From contig JAJPIQ010000044.1 of assembly GCA_021324685.1 (NCBI GenBank), forward strand, positions 17,066 to 81,065: 64,000 nt of DNA, written 5' to 3'. The position numbers and the translations under genes are program-made. Shown here one piece after another: positions 35,171 to 44,100 of the stretch. The DNA comes from Bacteroidota bacterium (GTDB lineage: Bacteria > Bacteroidota > Ignavibacteria > Palsa-1295). A model generated the notes under the pieces. The model did not search any database. It saw only the letters and a list, made by a program, of their open reading frames with translations, and was not told the DNA's origin. Position 1 is the first letter of the stretch; every line of letters begins with the position of its first letter.

Positions 35171-38100
35171 TTAAAAGTCGGCACCGATCGAAAGCGCCCA
35201 TCGAAAAGCAACGTTTTTCGTTCCATCGACGGGATGGTTTTCATAAAACGGGAAATAGAAAGCGACCGCCGGGATCGGATCGTATTCTTCTGCAACACCG
35301 CGTAATTGGTGAGGCAGCCAGGAAAGAAGCTCGACCGCGAGTTCAACTCCAGCGTCCGTTCGAACCGCCCTGGGCGAATCGTACCAGTCATTGCCTGCCC
35401 ATCCGGCATCGGCGAAGAGGGCGGGGCGGAGGGACGCGAAAAAGCTCCACCAACCCGCGATCGGATTTGGAACGTCGAGATCGAAACTGGCGCCCGCCAT
35501 CTGCGTTCCAAAAATCGATTCGGCGTCGTTACCGGCATTATATCCGCGTACACCGGCCCCTCCCGGCACGAAAAGCGAACTATGCTCGTCCGCGGTGGCA
35601 TCCATGCTCGAAACGGCTCGATAAAATCCGCTCGATTGTTCTTCGTAATTATCGGCACGCGCCAGCCAGAAGCGTCGCTGATACGGTGTGTTTTCGGTTG
35701 CGGTTCCCGCCGCAAATCGGAAGTTACCATGCGTCCCGATAATCGGGAATTCGGTTCGGAACGTCGCTTGCAGTCGGGAGAAGCCGGGGTCGCTCGCCAG
35801 TACGCTGGTTTCTCCACGCACCTCGAGATGGGTAACTTCGCGCTCGTTCGTGAGAGCATAGGTAAATCCGGCAACCGTCGTATGGTCGCCGATCGTGCGC
35901 TCGTTTTTGGGAATATAATCGAGCGTCGGATCGAAAAATCCCCAGTGTGGGTGCCAGATGGGATAATCGTCCACACTAAGAAGGCGCTGGTCTTCTATAA
36001 ACAGCGAACCGGAATGCGTCGCGCCGAGCCGCCAGTATTCCGGCCGGAATGTTTTTGCGATGGCCGCATGCAGGGTGGCGATGCCATACATCTTTTCGGC
36101 ATCGAAGTTTACACTTCCCAGCCGTCCCAGCCAGTCGATCGGAGTGGAATAGGTGAGAGCCCCGTCGAGATCGTCGTACCATGGCTCTTGCGGATGGATC
36201 GTGATCCCCATGCTGTCCGTTAAGACACGATATCCGGGCTGGAACTTATAGAGGATTTTCGCATCGCCGGAAAAACTGTTGTTCATGCCGAATTTCGTTC
36301 CAAGTCCGACGTTCATTTTTGAAAATTGATCGTACGATACGATCGGTCGAAGGATCGAGTAATATTCGTCAATGGGCGCAAAAACATTTAGTTGTTTCCA
36401 TACGGCCCACGCTCCCGGCGGCATCCAAAGTCCTGCACGTGCGCTATAATTATTCAGCCAATTTAAGTCCTGCAAGCGCCAGGAGGTATCGATCTCGAAC
36501 CACGAGATCCGCTTTGGCGTAAGCAGAATTCCCTTATAATCCGGCGCGGTCCAGTCCCACTCCGGAAGATAACGGTACGGATTCACATTAATCCCGCGTG
36601 TATCAATAATTGGAGGGCTCTTCCGATATGCTCCATTTTTATTGACCGCGAGCGGTATCGTCGCAGCCTCGGTCGTGCCGTCCTCGTAATGCAATAATAA
36701 ATCGATCGGCATGACTGCAAGCCCATTATTTCGAAGTGTTATCTGATTCCACCAGCGATCAGGAGTATCGGCTGCGGTTTCGATAGAAGATACCGAAACC
36801 GCCTCATAATCCACGGTCCTGGTCGTCTTAAACCACTCATCGAAAAACCAATCGAGGCTCGTGTGGGAAACTTTTTCCATCACGCGCTTGAAATCGGTAA
36901 GGTGCGGATGTTTGAAATGCCACTCGTTGTAATATTCTTTCATTCCCGCCGCAAATGTGCTGTCGCCAAGCGTGTATTCGAGCATGTTAAGGATGGCAGC
37001 GGTCTTTCCATAGACCTGTCCGGCGGTCGCATCTTCTCGGAACCAATCGTGAGGAATATCGAGCGGCTCTTCGTAGCCCTGGGATGCGATCTCCTGATAG
37101 CCGCGATAGTTATCGCGCTTGTTGCTGAATTTCGGGATGAACCAATCGAGCCATGAATGCTCCTGGCCGGGATATTCCTGACGATCGCCAAAGAGTGCGT
37201 TCATGCACATGGTGGTGACGTAGGTCGTGAAGCCTTCGTCCATAAAGGCTTCACGCGTTTCATTCGAGCCGAGCATGCCGTAAAACCATTGATGCCCGAC
37301 TTCGTGTGCGATCACGCCTGCGAGCGATAGCGGGTTGGGGCGGTAGCCCGTGATCATGATCAGCTGGGGATATTCCATGCCGCCATCCCCCGCCATCGTA
37401 CAGGAAAAATTCCGGTATGCATAGGGACCGAAATGGTGACTATAGGTCGAAAGAGAAAAGAGCGAATAGGCGAGCGCATTTTTTTCCCAATAGGGCTGCG
37501 CCCAATGCTTATAAAACGCATGAATAGTAACGGGAGCACCGCTGGTGCTCGCCGAGTCATTCCACGTCATCCATTCGTGAATGTAATCGTCGTCCGCCAC
37601 CCAGGCAAAATCATGCACGGGCGATGCATGGAATTTCCAGGTCGTCAGTCCCGGAGTTCCAGCATTCGGGAGAGCAATTCCATCTGTTGCGCCGGCGGCG
37701 ATCTGGTCGTAACCGTGCCCGACTTCTTTCGGATTGAGGCATTCGCCGGTGGCTCCGACCGTAAAGCGCGAAGGCAGCGTAATTTCGACGCGGAAATCTC
37801 CCCAGACGCCATAAAACTCGCGCGAAACGTACTCCTGCGTTTGCCAGCCATCTGCATCGTACTCGGCGATCTTCGGATACCATTGCGCCATGGAATATTG
37901 GACGTGTTCTGCGGACATCCATCCGCTTCTTCGGATTTGCCGAGGAATTTGTTCGCGAAAGGGGAAGGCAATCGTCACCGAATCGCCGGGCGCGAGCGCG
38001 TTCGGCAATGTGACGCGCATGATCGTTCCGGTTATCTCGAAGCGGGAGGCTGTGCCGTCGCAGGCGATAACATGGATCCAATATTTTCCCCATTCGGATT

Positions 38101-38410
38101 CCGGGAGTTTATGGATGCGGTCATACACCGGTGCGGAATGGATCGCGAGTGCCCGCTCGTCCATCATGCTGCCCGGCTGAAAGGCGTTCGAATAGAGGTG
38201 GAAATAAACTTCGCGGAGCGTGTCGGGAGAGTGATTCGCGTAAACGACCGAAAGGGTCCCGTCGAGGGTATGGATGGAATCGATGAGCGTTACGCGAATA
38301 TCATACGTAACGTGCTGCTGCCAATACGCACGAGCGGATTGTTGAAAAGCAAAAAAAGATAACGCAGAAAGGACAAGACTGCGCAGCGCAAGGCGAACCA
38401 TACCCTGCAA
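35171..38410 (-). CDS. M1-family zinc metallopeptidase paralog with C-terminal beta-barrel-like extension, secreted
   Basis: Signal peptide. 'GGMEYPQLIMI', 'HEVGHQWFYG', 'MDEGFTTYV'. The C-terminus '...GVELAVELL...KNVAFRWALSIGADF' is an alternating-hydrophobic terminal beta-strand ending in Phe. Clear paralog of the downstream gene. Confidence 0.75.
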   Translation of the reverse strand: MQGMVRLALRSLVLSALSFFAFQQSARAYWQQHVTYDIRVTLIDSIHTLDGTLSVVYANHSPDTLREVYFHLYSNAFQPGSMMDERALAIHSAPVYDRIHKLPESEWGKYWIHVIACDGTASRFEITGTIMRVTLPNALAPGDSVTIAFPFREQIPRQIRRSGWMSAEHVQYSMAQWYPKIAEYDADGWQTQEYVSREFYGVWGDFRVEITLPSRFTVGATGECLNPKEVGHGYDQIAAGATDGIALPNAGTPGLTTWKFHASPVHDFAWVADDDYIHEWMTWNDSASTSGAPVTIHAFYKHWAQPYWEKNALAYSLFSLSTYSHHFGPYAYRNFSCTMAGDGGMEYPQLIMITGYRPNPLSLAGVIAHEVGHQWFYGMLGSNETREAFMDEGFTTYVTTMCMNALFGDRQEYPGQEHSWLDWFIPKFSNKRDNYRGYQEIASQGYEEPLDIPHDWFREDATAGQVYGKTAAILNMLEYTLGDSTFAAGMKEYYNEWHFKHPHLTDFKRVMEKVSHTSLDWFFDEWFKTTRTVDYEAVSVSSIETAADTPDRWWNQITLRNNGLAVMPIDLLLHYEDGTTEAATIPLAVNKNGAYRKSPPIIDTRGINVNPYRYLPEWDWTAPDYKGILLTPKRISWFEIDTSWRLQDLNWLNNYSARAGLWMPPGAWAVWKQLNVFAPIDEYYSILRPIVSYDQFSKMNVGLGTKFGMNNSFSGDAKILYKFQPGYRVLTDSMGITIHPQEPWYDDLDGALTYSTPIDWLGRLGSVNFDAEKMYGIATLHAAIAKTFRPEYWRLGATHSGSLFIEDQRLLSVDDYPIWHPHWGFFDPTLDYIPKNERTIGDHTTVAGFTYALTNEREVTHLEVRGETSVLASDPGFSRLQATFRTEFPIIGTHGNFRFAAGTATENTPYQRRFWLARADNYEEQSSGFYRAVSSMDATADEHSSLFVPGGAGVRGYNAGNDAESIFGTQMAGASFDLDVPNPIAGWWSFFASLRPALFADAGWAGNDWYDSPRAVRTDAGVELAVELLSWLPHQLRGVAEEYDPIPAVAFYFPFYENHPVDGTKNVAFRWALSIGADF

Positions 38411-38452
38411 AAATACGCAAGGACGGCAGCGGATTGGGAAAACGATTAAAAC

Positions 38453-39652
38453 TTAGGCTGCAACGGCCTCGGTTTCAGCAGGAATTTCAATCTCGGCCAT
38501 GAACTTCCGGATACGCTCAATCGCCTTTTCGATGTTTTCAATCGAATTTGCGTACGAAAAGCGGACGTATCCCTGTCCGTATTTGCCGAACGTATGACCC
38601 GAAAGGCAGGCTACCCCGGCTTCATTCAGAATTCGGCTGGCGAGCGTTTTAGAATCGATGCCCGTGGCCTGCACGTTCGGGAAGACATAAAAAGCTCCCA
38701 ATGGTTTGTGGCATTTAAATCCAGGGATTGAATTCATACCGTCCACGATAAGGTCTCGGCGTCGCCGAAATTCCTCGACGACATCATCGACCCATTTCTG
38801 CGGACCGGTCAGCGCCTCGATCCCGGCGACCTGAATAAAGCTTGCAGTACAACTCGCGACGTTTGTCTGTAATTTCGCAACGATCTCGGCCAACTCTTTC
38901 GGCATGATCCCAAAGCCTAATCGCCAGCCCGTCATGGCGTATGTTTTTGAAAAGCCATCGAGGATGATCGTCCGGTCGATCATGCCGGGATAGCTGGCGA
39001 TCGTGTAATTCTTAAATCCGTCGTAGGTAATGCGGCCGTAAATTTCATCGGCGAGCACCCAGAGATCGTGCTTGACGGCCAGCTCCGCAATTTGCTTTAG
39101 ATCGTCCTGGGTTAAAATTCCACCCGTCGGATTTTGCGGCGAATTAATAATGAGCATCTTGGTCTTCGGGGTAATGCGGCCTCGAAGATCGTCGATGGAA
39201 AACGCAAAGCCCGTTTCTTCGGTCAGTGGAAGCGCAACAGGGGTCCCTCCGGCCAGTTCGATCGCGCTTTCATAGATTGGGAACCCTGGATTCGGGTAGA
39301 TGACCTCGTCGCCAGGATTGACGATTGCCATGATCGCGTAATACATGATCGGCTTCGCACCGGGAGTCACCACGACCATTTCCGGCTTGAACTCGAGGCC
39401 TCGGCGAGCGCCCTCAACTTCCGCGATTGTTTTGCGGAATGGCATGAGGCCCGCCGCGGGACCATAATGAGTATAACCGGAGTCCAATGCCTGTTTGGCA
39501 GCCTCGATGATATTGGGAGCGGTATCGAAATCCGGCTCACCGATTTCAAGGTGAATAATATCACGGCCCTGCGCTTCCAACTCGCGGGCGCGTGCTAATA
39601 CAACGAATGAAGTTTCGGTCCCAAGGCGGTTAATACGATCGGCAATTTGCAT
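38453..39652 (-). CDS. Pyridoxal-phosphate-dependent aminotransferase, class I (aspartate/aromatic aminotransferase-like)
   Basis: Start at MQIADRINRL. 'LEIGEPDFDTP', PLP-lysine region 'DGFSKTYAMTGWRLGF', class-I fold length ~400 aa. Confidence 0.85.
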   Translation of the reverse strand: MQIADRINRLGTETSFVVLARARELEAQGRDIIHLEIGEPDFDTAPNIIEAAKQALDSGYTHYGPAAGLMPFRKTIAEVEGARRGLEFKPEMVVVTPGAKPIMYYAIMAIVNPGDEVIYPNPGFPIYESAIELAGGTPVALPLTEETGFAFSIDDLRGRITPKTKMLIINSPQNPTGGILTQDDLKQIAELAVKHDLWVLADEIYGRITYDGFKNYTIASYPGMIDRTIILDGFSKTYAMTGWRLGFGIMPKELAEIVAKLQTNVASCTASFIQVAGIEALTGPQKWVDDVVEEFRRRRDLIVDGMNSIPGFKCHKPLGAFYVFPNVQATGIDSKTLASRILNEAGVACLSGHTFGKYGQGYVRFSYANSIENIEKAIERIRKFMAEIEIPAETEAVAA

Positions 39653-39751
39653 GAAAAAGCGTAAAAAAATATGGATCGGAGGAATCCATAACATTCTTCG
39701 AGCGGCTTTTGTCTCAGCCGCAAAAAGAGATAGCCGTCGGAAGGAAAGACC

Positions 39752-41287
39752 TTATCGCGGGAGCGAGAGCGACGTGGTAGAGCCGTTGACCGTCCGCTCG
39801 ATGAGGGCAGGGCCGATCCCTTTCTCGAAATAAATATTGTATTGAGGGATATCCTGAGTATCGGCCACGCCATTAGCCATCGAGGTGAGATTTACAATGA
39901 TCACGTTCGAATACATCATCCCACCAACGAGGATTTGTTCATGCGCGAACTGGGAGGAACTCTTTGCCACATAGGTATATCCCTTCGGCAAGCCATTCTT
40001 TGTCGATTCGATAAAGCCTGCGGTCCACGTGGAATCACTGGAAAGCAAGGTAAGCGAACCGGGTTTGAAGGAGAGCGGACCGGAAATGACCTGATTGATC
40101 GGAACCCAGGTCGAGGCGTCCTGACGATAATAAATCGTGCCGCCCGAGACCGCATAGATCCCTTTGTTTACATCGTGCTGGCCGACATATGGGAACGCAA
40201 ATTGCGTTACGGTCGCAGCGGAATTCGGAGCGGGAAGCGTGACAGGATTTGGCGTACCAAAAACCGAAAAATGATCGACCGTCCCATCGTCTTCTGCAGC
40301 AAAAATACTGATTCCGGTAGAATAAAGAGAGGAATCGTTACCGGTTATGATCGCTGGTCCCGGATGGGAATAATCGAACACTCCAGCCGGAGTTGAAACG
40401 TAATGCTGAGCGATCGCGCCGACGCGACCCGGGACGGTATCGATCGGTTCGGCTAAGCCCGAATGATTAAGGTCGAAAATAATTCCGTTATCGCCGGCCA
40501 CGATCACATCCCCGTCGGATTGCGCTTCCAGCGCGGTGATCCTTGAAAGGGAAGATTGAAACATCGTTCCGGAGCCGATCGTTGTAAAACGGAATACCTG
40601 AGATCCGCATGCCACCCAAAAGATCGTACCGTCATAATGATCGTCGGTCGGGTCTGCTGAAGCAAACGCGGTTATTGCAGTTCCGGGAGGGGTGGAATAC
40701 GATTTCCAATGGGCGCCGCTGTCACTTGTCCAGAAGATCGAGTTACCACCGAACTGGACGGCATAGAGCCCGATACCACCAACGTTTTCTTGAAGCCGCA
40801 GGCCGGTGATCGGTAATGGATTAAGCCGCACGATACTTAACGTGCCTAAGTCGACGCGGTAAAGGATCGTGTCGGAAGCGGCATATAATTTCCCGTAGCT
40901 AAACGATTTGGGATTGACCGCCGCGATGGACCGGATCGTTTCTGAGTGGGCTGGCGGCAGTGCGGTATCTGCAACGACGTGAATGTCATTGCCAAGTTCC
41001 AGAAAATCGTTCGATGAAAATCCAGAAACGGAATAGGTCGAATTCGTCCGCTGGATCGTGAGATCGGTAGTGAAGTTGCTATCCTGGTCCGTGGCTTGAC
41101 CGCCTTTTTGAATTGCGAGCGTGTGCGTTCCTCGGACCGAGGAAATATAGGTGTAAGTCGCAGTACTATCAGCCCAGAAATAGGCACTGAGATCCTGGCC
41201 CGAAGGAGTTGTAGGTCCCTGGGGAGGCGCGGTCAGCGAACTGCAGCCGGCAAGCGCAATAAGCGATATGTAGATCAGTTTCTTCAC
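39752..41287 (-). CDS. Lipoprotein with BNR/sialidase-like (Ycf48-like) beta-propeller repeats
   Basis: GTG start. Lipobox 'LIALAGCSS'. BNR-like motifs 'WTSDSGAHW' and 'SSDGGTMW'-type repeats. Confidence 0.6.
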   Translation of the reverse strand: MKKLIYISLIALAGCSSLTAPPQGPTTPSGQDLSAYFWADSTATYTYISSVRGTHTLAIQKGGQATDQDSNFTTDLTIQRTNSTYSVSGFSSNDFLELGNDIHVVADTALPPAHSETIRSIAAVNPKSFSYGKLYAASDTILYRVDLGTLSIVRLNPLPITGLRLQENVGGIGLYAVQFGGNSIFWTSDSGAHWKSYSTPPGTAITAFASADPTDDHYDGTIFWVACGSQVFRFTTIGSGTMFQSSLSRITALEAQSDGDVIVAGDNGIIFDLNHSGLAEPIDTVPGRVGAIAQHYVSTPAGVFDYSHPGPAIITGNDSSLYSTGISIFAAEDDGTVDHFSVFGTPNPVTLPAPNSAATVTQFAFPYVGQHDVNKGIYAVSGGTIYYRQDASTWVPINQVISGPLSFKPGSLTLLSSDSTWTAGFIESTKNGLPKGYTYVAKSSSQFAHEQILVGGMMYSNVIIVNLTSMANGVADTQDIPQYNIYFEKGIGPALIERTVNGSTTSLSLPR

Positions 41288-42594
41288 TACGGACGGTAAA
41301 CGAAATTAAGCTGGAATCCAATGGAACTCGTCCACATCGAAGGCTGCGTTGGATTTTCATAGATCGCATTTGGCGGTAATGCGTTCATTTGCGACGTTGT
41401 CAGGGACGTCACGGTATTTACCGCGTCGTACGTAAGTGTTGGCTGCAGCGAGAGCTGATCGAACAGCGCAATTTCTGTTCCGACGCTCATCATGCCGAGC
41501 AGGCTTGTGTTTTGTGACAGCAATGCAGCACCTCCATCCACGCTCACGATTAAAGGCAGCGATGGCGACAAGGCAAAAGTATAAGAGACTCCGACGGTTG
41601 TCCAGGGTGCCGCCTGAAGCACCGTGCTGGCTTCATATATTTTCAGATTTCCGAACAGCTTTACGAGCGCAGGGCTGACCTGTGCGAATTGACTATACCC
41701 TGTTTGCACTCGGAACGAATAACGATCGCCGAAATTAAATTCGAGCCCAAAAGTCTCATTCGTCTTCGAATTCATTTTTTGGGCACCGCGCACATTCAGC
41801 GTTGGAACATATCGCATTCCTTCGGAGACAAAGGCTCGTACCTGAACTCCTTCGCCGACGGACATCGGGATCGACGAAATCAGGCTGGGTTGTTCGACGG
41901 GAATGTTTTTAGCAGGTTGCGGCGATGGAAGCGGCTGAACAAGTGCAGTAATCGGTTTCTCCGCAATCACCGTTTGGTCATGGTTGTCTGCGATCGGTGA
42001 ACGGTCCGTTTCTACCGCTGCAGTTTCGGCTCTCTTCGCCACGCCGGCAGACCTCATTGCAGAGGGTGTACCGAATGCAACGTGAGCTACGCTCATTTCC
42101 TGATTAGAAACGATCGAACTTGAATTTGTGGCAGTGTTATGGAAAATATTGGTCTGCGAACTCGGGTTCAGGTCTTTGCTTACAAAAATTCCTGCCGTAA
42201 GAATGGCGACCGCGGATCCGATCGAGATCGCAGTCGATAACGACATGCGTGTGAAGAATGCAATGAACGGATTGGTGCTCGGTGTCAGCAGCGGTGCAGT
42301 TTCCGCCGTGCCGAGAAGGCCGGGCAGGAACGTCAGCATCCCGGGAATGCGATCGATAATTTGTCGTTTGACCTCGAGGGGCGCTTCGAATGGCGTCCGT
42401 GCGGAGGCGATAAGACGCGAAAGTCCGGCATGGCTATCGAAGAGGGCACTCTTTTCGGGACTTTCGGTAATTTCCGAAAGGAGCGAGCTCGACCCCTCGT
42501 CATCCAACGAGCCGTCGAAAAACGCAATAATGCGCTCTTCCAATCTTGACCGTTCTTCGTTTTGCATAGTCCCTTCTTGTAAAAACTCACTCAT
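41287..42594 (-). CDS. Putative anti-sigma factor / membrane-spanning regulator (single TM, beta-rich C-terminal domain)
   Basis: ATG at 42594 overlaps the sigma-factor stop (ATGA). Cytoplasmic acidic N-terminus, one TM 'ISIGSAVAILTAGIFV', extracytoplasmic beta-rich domain. Assignment is by gene context only. Confidence 0.45.
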   Translation of the reverse strand: MSEFLQEGTMQNEERSRLEERIIAFFDGSLDDEGSSSLLSEITESPEKSALFDSHAGLSRLIASARTPFEAPLEVKRQIIDRIPGMLTFLPGLLGTAETAPLLTPSTNPFIAFFTRMSLSTAISIGSAVAILTAGIFVSKDLNPSSQTNIFHNTATNSSSIVSNQEMSVAHVAFGTPSAMRSAGVAKRAETAAVETDRSPIADNHDQTVIAEKPITALVQPLPSPQPAKNIPVEQPSLISSIPMSVGEGVQVRAFVSEGMRYVPTLNVRGAQKMNSKTNETFGLEFNFGDRYSFRVQTGYSQFAQVSPALVKLFGNLKIYEASTVLQAAPWTTVGVSYTFALSPSLPLIVSVDGGAALLSQNTSLLGMMSVGTEIALFDQLSLQPTLTYDAVNTVTSLTTSQMNALPPNAIYENPTQPSMWTSSIGFQLNFVYRP

Positions 42595-43361
42595 ATTCGG
42601 TTTCCTCCTTTGGACGGTTCGCCGGTCATGACTTCGTGCAAGTCCTCTCGTAAGAGCTGCTTGGCGCGATACACGCGCTGCCTGCATGCTGCGACGGTGA
42701 TCCCCAATTGCTCGGCGGTATCTTCATAACTAAATTCCTCGAGCTCGCGAAGAAGGAAGGGTTCCCTGAGTTCGATCGGCAGTTTCGCTACCGCATGTTC
42801 CAGCGACGTTCGCAGCGAATCCTGCTCGGTCCCAAAATCGGGTTGAAGTCGAGGATCGACCGAATCGATCCGCTCATCTAACTCGTCGTGCGGATGCCGT
42901 TTGTCATAGCGCAGCAGGTTAAGGCATGTATTTGTCGCAATCCGATAAAGCCAGGCTCGCCCGTTTGCGGAATCTGTGAAAAGATCTTTTCGGGTAAAGA
43001 CCTTTACGAACGTATCCTGGAATGCATCGTTTGCTTTTTCCGCATCTCGTGCGCACATGCGATAGCAGTGCGTATAAATTTCTTTTTGACGCCGTTCGAA
43101 AAGAACGTAAAATGCCGTCTCTTCACCGTCCTGAAAAAGATTGAGCAGCTGCGCGTCTTCGAGCTTCGCTAACTCTGCCTTTTTCTGTTTTATGGCTTCG
43201 AACGTCTTGCCGTTCGATGCGGTACTCGAATCCGCAGGCTCGAACGCATAACGAGCACCTTCGATCCGGATACGGTCTTCGGGGATGCCTCGGCGTCTTA
43301 AGCCCGGCGCCGGTAATGCGAAATCGTTCAAAGCAGGGGGTTTCTTTACCATGTAACCCAC
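42591..43361 (-). CDS. RNA polymerase sigma-70 factor, ECF subfamily, with ~60-aa N-terminal extension
   Basis: Region 2 'FYVLFERRQKEIYTHCYRM...DAFQDTFVKVF' and region 4 HTH 'LREL.EFSYEDTAEQLGITVAACRQRVYRAKQ'. The real start may be the MVKK Met three codons in. Confidence 0.8.
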   Translation of the reverse strand: MGYMVKKPPALNDFALPAPGLRRRGIPEDRIRIEGARYAFEPADSSTASNGKTFEAIKQKKAELAKLEDAQLLNLFQDGEETAFYVLFERRQKEIYTHCYRMCARDAEKANDAFQDTFVKVFTRKDLFTDSANGRAWLYRIATNTCLNLLRYDKRHPHDELDERIDSVDPRLQPDFGTEQDSLRTSLEHAVAKLPIELREPFLLRELEEFSYEDTAEQLGITVAACRQRVYRAKQLLREDLHEVMTGEPSKGGNRI

Positions 43362-43559
43362 CAGCTAACGGTTTATAACATAATTAATTCTCATTAAATA
43401 AGGAATGTCGGATACGAAGCAGTGGGTGCAAACGGACATGAAATCAGTATTCTTAAAGCAAACTATATTTTTTTAAAAATTCCTGTTACAAACCATTCAC
43501 TCAAGGGTTTAATACCTGAAGAGGTTACTGTCCTCTCGAAAAAATTACTTATCCGTACT

Positions 43560-43901
43560 ATGAAGAACATCAAAACATTCGCGGTTTTAGCCTTTATCGC
43601 GCTGTTAGGCTTTGGCGTTGCGAGTTGCTTTAACCCAACCGGTCCCGGTACGGGTGGGGGCACTGGCGGTGGCACTGATTCCGTCCGTCATGGCAAGCGC
43701 CCAGTGGACACAACGCGTCATCATCATCCGATCGATACCTTGAATCGTGGGGGTCAGGATACGACAATTAAACCACCACCGCCACCTCCTCCTCCGCCAC
43801 CCCCACCACCGCCTCCCCAGGATACGGGTACCAATGGCGGCGGCGGTAACCCGACAGGCGGCCTTGATTCGACCGTACTCGATTCGTTACTCCACCATTA
43901 A
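43560..43901 (+). CDS. Small Pro/Gly-rich lipoprotein (15-residue polyproline tract)
   Basis: Start at MKNIKTF. Lipobox 'GVASC'. 'PTGPGTGGGTGGGTD' and 'KPPPPPPPPPPPPPPPQDTG'. Confidence 0.55.
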   Translation: MKNIKTFAVLAFIALLGFGVASCFNPTGPGTGGGTGGGTDSVRHGKRPVDTTRHHHPIDTLNRGGQDTTIKPPPPPPPPPPPPPPPQDTGTNGGGGNPTGGLDSTVLDSLLHH

Positions 43902-43950
43902 TAAAGTTACCCCTGCCTAAGCAGGGCAGGGAAAGCAAGCGAAGAACAAA

Positions 43951-43984
43951 GGAAGGGGCCTGGCATTACGACTGCCAGGTCCTT
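43951..43984 (+). terminator. Rho-independent terminator
   Basis: CCTGGCA-ttacgac-TGCCAGG followed by TCCTTTTTATTTT. Confidence 0.6.
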
Positions 43985-44100
43985 TTTATTTTGCCAGCAG
44001 GTCCTTTTTATTTTGCCCGGATGTTCAGGAAACCGGTCTCCAAAATAATCGTTGAAACAATATTATAAGGAGTGCCCCGTCGTCTTTTTGTCATACCTGA

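Noticed and set aside
34978-38362. Long antisense ORFs (332, 305 and 309 aa) overlapping the M1 peptidase genes on the plus strand
   Set aside because: The minus-strand products carry HExxH/GxMEN motifs and signal peptides. The plus-strand ORFs are Arg-rich shadow frames without motifs.
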